A stretch of DNA of 46,220 nucleotides from Promethearchaeota archaeon. GTDB lineage: Archaea > Asgardarchaeota > Lokiarchaeia > Sigyniarchaeales > SOKP01. Positions 30,658-40,114 of the stretch are shown piece after piece. Numbering within the stretch: the first letter of the stretch is position 1; each line of letters opens with the position of its first letter. The notes beneath the pieces are model-generated. The model was not told where the DNA came from, searched no databases, and was given only the letters and a program-made list of their open reading frames with translations. The stretch spans positions 1 through 46,220 of the forward strand of contig JAHLWH010000095.1 in the NCBI GenBank assembly GCA_019058015.1, given 5' to 3'. The translations under genes were made by a program, and so were the position numbers.

Positions 30658-31335
30658 ATGATTATTAATAAAACACCTTCAAATCACAAGGAATTGATAA
30701 TATATATTTGGAGGAGCTTAGATCTTCCTTCAATTGGGAGGGAAGAGCTAATTTATTATATTTCTTTTGAATTATTTCTTTTAAAACCAAATAAATCAGT
30801 TCAATTAGTCAACGAATTAATAAAAAAAGGTTTTTTAGTTGAAAAAAGTGGGAAAATTTTCCTTTCTAAAGAATTACGAGAAGATTTCAATACTTGGCAA
30901 AAAAAAGAGAATGAAAAAGTAAAAAATGCTTTAGAAGATATTAATTTAAAAGCAATTAGTCTGAATGATCTTTCTAAAGAAAGAAAAGGTTCATTTAATA
31001 TGCTTTTAAAAGAATTATCAGATGAAAGTACTCTAAATAGGTCGGTTTCAGTTTCTACAAATTCTTTTACATTTCATGAACTTAATATTGATCAAGGAAT
31101 AATAAAAGGAGAAGTTCGCGGTACTAAAGAAAAGAGTTATAAATTTGAAGTTGAATTGAATAAAAAAAAAATCACTCATGATTGTCATGATTTTTTGACT
31201 CGTAAGAGTAGGCAAAAAAAGTTATGTAAACATTTAATAAAATTATTTCTAATTTTAAAATCAGAAAATGAATCAAAAACTGAAAAAATATTAACGAATA
31301 TTATCGAAGAACTTGATAATTGGGAATTTATTTAA
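30658..31335 (+). CDS. Hypothetical protein, wHTH-like N-terminus and SWIM-like Zn finger
   Basis: GEVRGTKEKSYK..HDCHDF..LCKH. N-terminal ISFELFLLKP..LVNELIKKGFL resembles DUF2240/wHTH. Confidence 0.75.
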   Translation: MIINKTPSNHKELIIYIWRSLDLPSIGREELIYYISFELFLLKPNKSVQLVNELIKKGFLVEKSGKIFLSKELREDFNTWQKKENEKVKNALEDINLKAISLNDLSKERKGSFNMLLKELSDESTLNRSVSVSTNSFTFHELNIDQGIIKGEVRGTKEKSYKFEVELNKKKITHDCHDFLTRKSRQKKLCKHLIKLFLILKSENESKTEKILTNIIEELDNWEFI

Positions 31336-32654
31336 AATAATTTTTTAAAAGTATTTTTATTTAATTTTGATTTTCCTTTTTGTGCAATAATGGGTTTATA
31401 ATTAAGGATATGCTTTATATTTTCAATTTTCTCTAAAATTTTAAATAATTCATCTAATGGCATATCTAATTTTACGATTTTTGAACGACCATAGTAACCC
31501 ATCGATACTACTTCAGCTTTTATGATACCTGCTAATGCCAGCTCATTTATTAAATCACTTACTCTCCTTCGTGTTAATTTCTTAACACCGGGAATTTTTT
31601 TATAAATTTCAAGATAGACATCATAAATATCACCAGTAATTATTTTTAAATTAGGAAGATGTTTTGCAATTAGATAAATAGAACATAGAACTAATTGAAT
31701 TTGTTTGGGTAAACTCTCTATGAATTGTTCCGTATTATCTTGCTCTAAAGATTTTTGAGCTTTATAAGCAAATTTTGACGACACTTTTTTATTACGGCTT
31801 CTTTCTGCTAACTCTCCTGCTTTTCTAAGTAATTGTAGAGCTTTTCTAGCATCTCCATGTTCTTTTGCCGCAAGTGCTGCACATAATGGAATTGTCTCTT
31901 CCGATATCACGTTTTTAAAAAAAGCAATTTCAGCTCTTTCTCTTAAAATATCTGTCAATTCCTCAGCATTATATGCAGGAAAGACTAATTCTTCTCCACC
32001 AAAACTGCTTAAAACCCGAGGATCAAGAAAACTTTTAAATTTTAAGATATTTGAAATTCCAATTAAACATATCCTACATTTTTTTAATTTATATTTCTCA
32101 TTTAATCTAGTTAAATCATATAATATTTCATTTCCACCTTTTTTTTTAATCAAAATATCGATCTCATCCAGAACAATAAAACATACGGAGTTTCCAACAA
32201 CATCATCTAACAAATTTAAAAGTTTTTGAAATATTATATCTTTTGGCAAACCTGTTGGCGGGATTTTTTCCTCTGTGGAAAGAGTATTAAAAATATTTGC
32301 TAAAATTCTATATGGAGTATTAACTTGCTGACAATTATTATAAATCCACCAAGGTCTATTTATTTGAATTTCGTTACATTTTTCATCAAGTTTCCTGCTA
32401 ACAAACCTTATGACTGAAGTTTTTCCTGTTCCTGTCTTTCCATAACTTAAAAAATTAAAAGGAACTCCATCTTTTAAAAGGCAAGCTGTAATTTCAGCAA
32501 TTCTTTTTATCTGTATATCACGATGAGGTAGGTTATTTGGAATATAAGTTGGATTTAACGCATCCCTATTTTTAAATATTTTAGGACTTTTCAAAAAATC
32601 TGTATAAAATTGTGAAATATCAAATTTATAATTCAATTCATTATTTTCTTTCAA
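31332..32654 (-). CDS. cdc6: Orc1/Cdc6 replication initiator
   Basis: LNPTYIPNNLPHRD, Walker A GKTGTGKT, Walker B VLDEID, GDARKAL, C-terminal wH (RRVSDLINEL..G..GRSK). Confidence 0.97.
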   Translation of the reverse strand: MKENNELNYKFDISQFYTDFLKSPKIFKNRDALNPTYIPNNLPHRDIQIKRIAEITACLLKDGVPFNFLSYGKTGTGKTSVIRFVSRKLDEKCNEIQINRPWWIYNNCQQVNTPYRILANIFNTLSTEEKIPPTGLPKDIIFQKLLNLLDDVVGNSVCFIVLDEIDILIKKKGGNEILYDLTRLNEKYKLKKCRICLIGISNILKFKSFLDPRVLSSFGGEELVFPAYNAEELTDILRERAEIAFFKNVISEETIPLCAALAAKEHGDARKALQLLRKAGELAERSRNKKVSSKFAYKAQKSLEQDNTEQFIESLPKQIQLVLCSIYLIAKHLPNLKIITGDIYDVYLEIYKKIPGVKKLTRRRVSDLINELALAGIIKAEVVSMGYYGRSKIVKLDMPLDELFKILEKIENIKHILNYKPIIAQKGKSKLNKNTFKKLF

Positions 32655-33106
32655 AACTTTTCCCCTAGCTAATATAAATTCTAAGATTTAATTCCAGTTG
32701 AAATTAAGCTCAATAAAAAATTTCATCTGGAGAGAATATTTAAATCTTCCTATTAATCAAAAAAAAATTAAGAACTCATTAATATCTTTTAATAGATTTT
32801 TAATATTTTTTATTAATTGATTATTATTTTCCAAAATCGAGAAATCTTAATAAATTTTTATTTGTGTTTTTTACTCCAAAGGAAATATTTTATAAGTAAG
32901 AATTATCAATAAACAATAATTATATTTTTGTCGGCAATTAGTTATAAAGAGATATTATTAAACAACGATTATGTAATTAACAAAAAAAATATTAAATCGA
33001 AAATTATTTGATATTTTTCAATATAGACAATTTATTAATTTACGTTAATTAAAACATTTATTAATATTAAATTAAATTTAATCAATCATCTCATAGAATT
33101 AATTTT
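32655..33106. promoter_or_regulatory. Candidate replication origin (oriC) with three mini-ORB boxes
   Basis: TTCCAGTTGAAAT (32692-32704, +), CTCCAGATGAAAT (32720-32732, -), CTCCAAAGGAAAT (32874-32886, +). Very AT-rich spacer, directly upstream of cdc6. Confidence 0.72.
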
Positions 33107-33895
33107 ATGCGAAATAAAAGAAATGAACTAAATGAGAAGGAAAAAATAAACAAGAAAATCGCCTTTATACTTGCCTTAGTGTGCATTTTTTTAATTTTTA
33201 TCGATTTTTTAATAATTTCATTAATTTTTTCATGGACTGATTGGGTTGCATTATTAATTTTTTCATTATTATTTATAGTTCCCGCTTATTTAGCAAATGC
33301 AGGTATGGTTTTAATAGGCGGAGGAAAGCCAGTTGATGGAGGAAAAAATTTTATTGATGGAAGACGAATTTTTGGACCTGGAAAAACTTGGAAGGGATTA
33401 ATTAGAGGTCCATTATTAATAGGAATTCCAATTTCTGCAGCAATTTCTCTTCTTTTTATTATTTTATGGGGCGTTATTGAGCCAATTCCTTCTGAAGGGA
33501 TTGCTAATGGTGTATATAAATATTATAATAGTATGATTTATTATAGATATTATTTTATTGGTGGTAGACCTGATGATAATTTAATTTTTGGTTATTTAAC
33601 AATAATTATAAGAATTTTTTTGTGTGCTTACGGTGCAGCTTTTGGAGATTTAATTGGTTCTTTTATTAAAAGAAGATTAAATGTCAGTAGAGGAAATCCA
33701 TTATGGATTATAGACCAACTTGACTTTGCGATGTTTGCTATGATTATGGCATCTATTCCTTCGTTTATTTTGCCAGAAATCTTTTTGCCATTAGATATTT
33801 TAATAATAAGTTTTTTACTTATCTTAACTCCATCTGTAGCTATATTAGCCAATACAATAGCTTATTTAATCGGTTTAAAAAATGTTCCTTGGTAA
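33107..33895 (+). CDS. carS: CDP-archaeol synthase
   Basis: PAYLAN..GGGKPVDGG..DGRRIFGPGKTWKG, GDLIGSFIKRR, DQLDF, LKNVPW. Confidence 0.95.
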   Translation: MRNKRNELNEKEKINKKIAFILALVCIFLIFIDFLIISLIFSWTDWVALLIFSLLFIVPAYLANAGMVLIGGGKPVDGGKNFIDGRRIFGPGKTWKGLIRGPLLIGIPISAAISLLFIILWGVIEPIPSEGIANGVYKYYNSMIYYRYYFIGGRPDDNLIFGYLTIIIRIFLCAYGAAFGDLIGSFIKRRLNVSRGNPLWIIDQLDFAMFAMIMASIPSFILPEIFLPLDILIISFLLILTPSVAILANTIAYLIGLKNVPW

Positions 33896-33914
33896 GCGCT
33901 TTGTAAAAAAATTT

Positions 33915-34421
33915 CTAGTCCCTTAAATATAAACAAGAGATTTTAACTGGGTATATAAATTCTTCAAATATCTCATTAACAATTTTTATATAATTTCCTG
34001 CTTTGCCGACAGCAATACCTCTCTCTTTAAAGTGGGGGATAAATATAAGCAATTCTAAATCTCCAGTATTGTTTTTTATTAATAATTCTAGTTTTCGAAT
34101 ATTTACATTTGGAAAGAAAGTATAAATTAAATCAATAATTCGTCTCTTTTGTTTAATAATAAGAATTTTTTTTCCGATCAGAGCAAATCTTAATTGTGCT
34201 AAATATTTATTTGCTTTCTGAAAAAGAGAAGGCTTAACAAAAAAAAAGATGTAATTTTTATAATGAATTATATTTTCGCAACATATATTAGTTTTAGACA
34301 TAAAAAATTTCATATATTTTATTTCTTCATTTCTAATAATACTTCTAACGTTTACTTTTTGATTAAAAAAAACAGCCTCAACCCAATTTGAATTATCCGA
34401 TATTGTCAAAATTATTATCAA
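33915..34421 (-). CDS. Divergent archaeal NusA-like KH-domain protein
   Basis: ERGIAVGKAGNYIK KH motif. The first KH GxxG loop is degenerate. Confidence 0.65.
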   Translation of the reverse strand: MIIILTISDNSNWVEAVFFNQKVNVRSIIRNEEIKYMKFFMSKTNICCENIIHYKNYIFFFVKPSLFQKANKYLAQLRFALIGKKILIIKQKRRIIDLIYTFFPNVNIRKLELLIKNNTGDLELLIFIPHFKERGIAVGKAGNYIKIVNEIFEEFIYPVKISCLYLRD

Positions 34422-34510
34422 ATCTACAGTTATAATTATAAAGTCCTTTTTTTTTAATAGATGGTTGTTAAAACATACTAAAAAAAATAATAAATAAATA
34501 TTTCCTTTAT

Positions 34511-35305
34511 TTAAGGTCGATTTGGTTTAAAATCTGGCTCATTCTCTAATTTTTCTAAAATAATTGAAATTTCTTCCATTATACTTTCACTTCCTTCAAG
34601 TAATAAAGTGATTGCGCCTTCCATTCCTCCTACTCCACCACTCCCTACATGATAAGCATTAATATCAAAAATTGACTCCAAAACAGTGACTTCATTCATT
34701 ATTGTACCAGATATTGGCATCATACCAATCTTTAGACTGTTTTTTCCTGGATCATCAATCTCGTGCATACCCATAATTTCAGATAATTCAACAACATCAC
34801 CATCTATTAATTTTTCAAGTGTTATTGGAATTAAAAGTTTGAGTCCGAGTGCTTTTATTGATCCTAATAGGCTTCCAATTGTTCCTCCAGTTTTACTTCC
34901 TAAAAACACACCAACTTGTCCATTATAATCTAATGCATTACCACCTTTGATGATAATATCTCCTTTCTTGAAACGTTGAATACATTTTACACGATCTGTA
35001 ACTTCTCTAATTTCCCCATCTTTAAAATAAATTTCTGGCCATGATATGGGATTTACTGAAAGCGATCCAATGCCGTTATGATCTTCAGTTGGAATTATTT
35101 GTCCTGCAACAAAATTAGGTTTTTTAAAAAAATATTCACTTTTTGAAATTTTTAGTAACTCCTCTAGTACATATCCTTGAGTTGTTCCTTTTGTTACTAA
35201 AATATTTCCCTTTTGCATTTTTTCTTGAATCATTGGAAGACGGGCTATTAGTATCGCAATTAATCTTTTACTTTGAGACGGTTTGAGACAAACTAGTTTC
35301 TTCAT
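34511..35305 (-). CDS. Conserved hypothetical protein (NagB/RpiA/CoA-transferase-like fold suspected)
   Basis: LKPSQSKRLIA, GTTQGYVLEEL, IIKGGNALD, GGTIG, GSGGVGGMEG. Confidence 0.75.
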   Translation of the reverse strand: MKKLVCLKPSQSKRLIAILIARLPMIQEKMQKGNILVTKGTTQGYVLEELLKISKSEYFFKKPNFVAGQIIPTEDHNGIGSLSVNPISWPEIYFKDGEIREVTDRVKCIQRFKKGDIIIKGGNALDYNGQVGVFLGSKTGGTIGSLLGSIKALGLKLLIPITLEKLIDGDVVELSEIMGMHEIDDPGKNSLKIGMMPISGTIMNEVTVLESIFDINAYHVGSGGVGGMEGAITLLLEGSESIMEEISIILEKLENEPDFKPNRP

Positions 35306-35350
35306 AAATAATATATTGTTAATTTAAAAAAAAGGATTTTGATTTACGTA

Positions 35351-36115
35351 TTATAAAATATTTTTTTTTTCAAGAATCCAAGATTCAATGAAAAACTCCT
35401 GTTGATATGAATTTTGTTTGGGATCGAATTCACAGTGTATTTTACTTTTAGGAATCCAAACTTCAGAACCATTCCCAAATATAAGAAGGATTGCTTTATC
35501 TGTCGATTTTTTAATTCTTGCTTTTATTACTTGTTTAGAATTATTCTTTATTTTATCGTTTTGACTATTTTTCGTGTATTGTTCGATTATATTTTTTTTA
35601 TCTTCGGTATTACTATAATCATTAATATTTTCAAAAAAAGATTCACTTTCAAAAGATTCAAGAAAATCTTCAGAATTCTTAGCTGATGATTCTTTTTTCT
35701 TGTAAGTTGTATTTCCAGAAGTTGCAAATGAAATTTTTTCTTTTATTAAATGTTCAATTAATAATTTTAAAAATTCCGTTTGTGGAAATCTTAAACTTTT
35801 TGCATATTCATCAACTCTAATCCACAATAATTCATCCCTTTCATCCCAATTAAGACTTATTGAAGTTTTCTCTTCTTTAAATGAATGAAAACCACTCCAT
35901 TTTGGGAGTTTCTTATAAAGTACGCTTATAATTGTAATCATTTCTTCGATTGAGATTTTTATTGTCTTTCCTTCTCCCTTTGATGGTTTTTCCCATTCAT
36001 TATTTGCCTTTTTCTTCAGAAACTTAAGAAAGATAAATGGATCTGTTTTGGATCTACTAGATAATATCATTCCAACCTTTTGACCAAAAAAACTTTTATT
36101 GTGAATATCTGTCAT
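35351..36115 (-). CDS. Two-domain hypothetical protein (possible Whirly-like N-terminus; TDKA..WIPKS C-terminal domain)
   Basis: 254-aa ORF with GAGG SD and a low-complexity linker. The fold call is an inference. Confidence 0.75.
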   Translation of the reverse strand: MTDIHNKSFFGQKVGMILSSRSKTDPFIFLKFLKKKANNEWEKPSKGEGKTIKISIEEMITIISVLYKKLPKWSGFHSFKEEKTSISLNWDERDELLWIRVDEYAKSLRFPQTEFLKLLIEHLIKEKISFATSGNTTYKKKESSAKNSEDFLESFESESFFENINDYSNTEDKKNIIEQYTKNSQNDKIKNNSKQVIKARIKKSTDKAILLIFGNGSEVWIPKSKIHCEFDPKQNSYQQEFFIESWILEKKNIL

Positions 36116-36342
36116 AAAAATTAAATCCTCAATTAATTCTTATTTTTCTTATTATAATAATGAGAAGTCCCTAAAAGATTAGTATAAAAGTTTTTTGTCG
36201 GTTGGCATTTATGATATTACTTAAAAATATTTGATGATTTCTTGAAATTTATTATTCAGAACAATTATTTTGGAATTATAATTAAATTTTTTGGAAAAAA
36301 GATAATTATTGTAATATTAAAATAGAAAATAAAAAATAAATT

Positions 36343-36412
36343 TAGGAATATATTCTTCCAATAGAATCGTCTTTAAACGATTTCCAATCCTAAATATTCT
36401 AAGCCTAAATCT
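36343..36412 (-). other. 3' arm of the 23S processing stem (BHB)
   Basis: Complementary to 39653-39753. Together they form a 12-bp / 3-nt bulge / 4-bp / 3-nt bulge / 8-bp BHB plus a 19-bp outer helix. Confidence 0.92.
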
Positions 36413-36620
36413 ATGATCCACCTTTCATATCCACACACTCGAGCGTTTGAGAACGGCGGGCTGAAAGGGTCGCCCGGAAGCTTCCCTCTTACACCCCCAG
36501 TCTCACCAACCCTGTCTTTTACAGGAGCTCTCGTCCCCCTTCCACGGTGCACGTCACCGCACCCCGCTCATCATCGATATGATATCTGCGAAGAGGGAAT
36601 GGGAGATTATTTTCTGGTTG

Positions 36621-36652
<32 letters not shown>

Positions 36653-36778
36653 TCTTGGCGCGTGGCTGCCCGGCGATGCCTTGTCAGACAACCGGTAAAC
36701 TAGAGGCGCCGGCCTCATGTTCCTCTCGTACTGGTGAGACCTTACCATCAATCTCCCAACATACCTGTCAGATAGAAT

Positions 36779-36821
<43 letters not shown>

Positions 36822-37454
36822 TTAATGGGCGAACAGCCCCACCCTTGGAGGTTATGTGCGCCTCCAGGATAGGAAGAGCCGACATCGAGGAAGCAAGCCG
36901 CGAGGTCGATAGGGACTCTTACTCGCGACAACTCTGTTACCCCCGGGGTAACTTTTCTATCACCTCAGCTAGCCACAAAAACCTATACTGAGGATCGCTA
37001 GACCAGGCGTTAGCCTCAGGATTCCTCGCTTTGCAGAATCCTGTCAGGCCAGCTTTTGCTCTTATACTCTACAACGGATTTCTGTCCCGTTTGAGCTGAC
37101 CTTTGGATACTCTAGATATCTTTTCTAGAGTGAGCCGCCCCAGCCAAACTGCCCGCCTGCGGATGTTCAACGCATAAAGCGCCGTTAGTGTTTTAAAATA
37201 AAAAAGTCGGTGTTCCATTGTTGCATTCCCACCAACCGGAGTCGATGGTTCGACGCTCCCGACTACACTCTGTATCTTATTCCAAAACACAACAACAGGT
37301 TGCAGTAAAGCTCCACGGGGTCTTCTCGTCCCGACAGGTATCTCTGGACTGTTCTCCAGAGTGTGATTTCATTCGTCAGAAGGCTGGGACAGTGGGGAGA
37401 ACGTTGGACCCTTCATGCACGTCTAAACTTACTAGACAAGGCGTTTGGCTACCT

Positions 37455-37485
37455 TTCCCCTTCCTTAACGAGATCGTTAAGGAAT
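37455..37485 (-). other. 31-nt BHB intron in 23S rRNA at 1927/1928 (E. coli numbering)
   Basis: Interrupts CTCTCTTA|AGGTAGCC. 10-bp inner hairpin, CTCT/GGGG central helix, two 3-nt bulges. Confidence 0.92.
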
Positions 37486-37782
37486 TAAGAGAGTTATAGT
37501 TACTCCCGGCGTTTAGCAGGACTTACTCGCGTTGGACCGCGGATTGATCATACTGCCACTGGCCAGGTTTCAGTTTCTGTAAACACGCTTTCGCGATATC
37601 AGAAACCTATGTTTTTATTAAACAGTCGTCCCCCCCTAGTCACTGCGACTTAAAGATCCCTACACACTAATGCATGCAGAAATCTTCAAGCAAGCCTTAT
37701 CCCAAAGTTACGGCTCTAATTTGCCGATTTCCCTAGCCTCCTTTACTCGAACACGCCTTAGGCTACTCACCTTGGGGCACCT

Positions 37783-37812
37783 ATCGACAGTACTTCGAAT
37801 TTCGTAGTACTA
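37783..37812 (-). other. 30-nt BHB intron in 23S rRNA at about 1617/1618
   Basis: Interrupts CCGACAC|AGGTG. CGAC/GTCG central helix, AGTACT/AGTACT inner helix. Confidence 0.87.
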
Positions 37813-39652
37813 GTGTCGGTTCTGGGTACGGACACGGCGTTCCTTGAATTTTGCCTTTTCATTGAATCCCAGGATCAGCAGAACCCTCCACATTTGGAAG
37901 GCTATTCATGCTTTATGGTGGGTCTCAAATTTACTCTACTCGCCACCATTATACATTTAAATAGAGAGATGTACGACAACTCTACTCCACCTACCTAAAA
38001 CTGTCAGCAAAATTCCGTGCGTTACCGCAAAATGTAGCGCCGTGGTACAGGAATATAAACCTGTTTCTCTTTCGCGCAGAACATTTAAGAATGCACTTAG
38101 GACCGACTAACTCTTCGCTGACGACGCATTGCGAAGAAACCCTTGCCCTTTCGGCGGATGGGATTCTAACCCATCTATGCTATTACTATCGCCAGGATCT
38201 GCACTCCGGAACGGTCCACTGGAAGTCACCCCCCAGCTTCCGCCCGAACCGGACGCTCCCCTACCGGATCACGAATTCTTCTATTCGTGCCCCTGGGTCT
38301 CGGCAGCAGATTTAAGCCCCGTCCATTTTCGGGGCTATTTTTCTCGGCAAATGAGCTGTTACGCACTCGTTAAAGAATGACTGCTTCTATATCCATCTTT
38401 TTGCTGTCTTCGAAAAATAACGCCCTTTAGTTTGACACTTAACCTGCATTTTGGGGCCTTAACCCAGGTCTAGGTTGTTCCCTTCTCGGCGATGACCCTT
38501 ACGGCCACCAACCCGTTTCCCAGTGTCTTCAGCGCCGGCAAATTCGGAGTTTAAGAGAAAAGGGAGGAATTTCTTCCCCTTGCTTTCCAATTAGTGCTCT
38601 ACCTCACCGGCTACCTCGACTGAGACCTGGCTGAGACCAGCTTCGGGGAGAACCAGCTAAACCCAGTCTAGATTAGCCTTTTGCTCCTATTCTCAGCTCA
38701 TGAATACGAATTGCACGTCAGTTATCCTGCAGACCTCCATCACCCTTTCGAATGACTTCATCTTGGCCAAGAATAGATCGACTGGCTTCGGGTTTTACAG
38801 CAGAAACTTTAGGCCCTTTCAGACCATTTTTCTGGATGCATCCCTTAGAAGATTATATAAAATATCCGAAGATTTTTATATAGATCTAATGTGATGATGC
38901 ATTTGCAAAAATATCGGTTTCCCTATGCCTACAGAGGTTATCTCCTTAAGCTCGCTTCTACTATAAACTCCCTGGCCCATGTTTCCAGACGGATGATGCA
39001 ACTCTGGTCCTCTAGTCTCGAATGAACTGTTGCCAGCATATCTTCGACTAGAATCTATCCTTTCGAGCCGCATCCTTAACAAACTATTTGGTTTCAAGCA
39101 CTTTTCACTACCCTTCCGGGTTGCTTTTCATCGTTTGCTCACGCTACTAATTCGCTATCGGTCTTGGAGAATATTTAGATTTGCCAGTTTGTGTCTGGCA
39201 CATTCATACGAGAAAACCATCCCGCACTACTCTGGGTATCCAGTATCAACCTTGTAATTTACGGTTACACGGCTATCACGCTCTATAGCTCTTCATTCCA
39301 GAAGTATTCACCTTCATTACCGAGGTCGTGCTGGACCCGTACTCCACATCTCCCCAACGTTTCCCTTGGGGATTCGGTTTGATCATTTCCGCTTTCGCTC
39401 GCCGTTACTTACGGAATCACTATTGTTTTCTTTTCCTCCACCTACTAAAATGTTTTACTTCGGTGGGTTCCCCACCCCTAACGGAGTTTTCATGGATTAT
39501 TAGGCCATGAAAGGATGTCCCATTCGAGAATCTCAGGATCAGAGTCTACCTGCGACTACCCTGAGCTTATCGCAGCTTGTCACGCTCTTCATCGGTTTCC
39601 AAGCCGAGATATCCACCAAATAGTGTAGGCGTATTGGATAATACTCAGAGGA

Positions 39653-39753
39653 AGATTTAGAGTGCTTATATTTAGGATTAGTTTGTTTTTTTTTAATTTT
39701 TTAGATATTTTTAATACCTAAGACGATTACCTGTTTGGAAGAATATATTCCTA
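39653..39753 (-). other. 5' arm of the 23S processing stem (BHB)
   Basis: Sense AATCCTAAATAT-AAGC-ACT-CTAAATCT pairs with AGATTTAG-GCTT-AGA-ATATTTAGGATT. Confidence 0.92.
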
Positions 39754-40008
39754 TGAGCACAAGATTAAGAAATATATGGAAAGCTTGGAATTAATGATTA
39801 TTAAAATTCTTAATATTCTGGAGTGTATTTCCAAATTAAATATTATTTAATTATAAAAATTTTGAATTCCTTGTGCCTAGCTTAAACATCATTTCCCGAT
39901 AAATCAAATGCCCCGAGATTTTTGATTTTCTTCCATGATATTTGTGCTAGTTATTAGGATATTGCATCCATTTTTGGGGCGAGGATGAAATAGTTTGCTC
40001 CCAATAAC

Positions 40009-40015
40009 TTATAAA
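40009..40015 (-). promoter_or_regulatory. Candidate TATA box of the 23S rRNA promoter
   Basis: TTTATAA on the minus strand, about 25 nt upstream of the more GC-rich leader. Confidence 0.35.
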
Positions 40016-40114
40016 TTTAATACTAACATAGTATTAAAAGATCATTGAAATTATAAATTTTATGTTTTTGATATTCTTAAAAATATAATAAATATTTATT
40101 AGGTTTTAATAATT

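Noticed and set aside
38015-38037. Third 23S intron (extra ~20 nt in the H54 region)
   Set aside because: It lies in a variable region with no BHB geometry, so it is more likely a small expansion.
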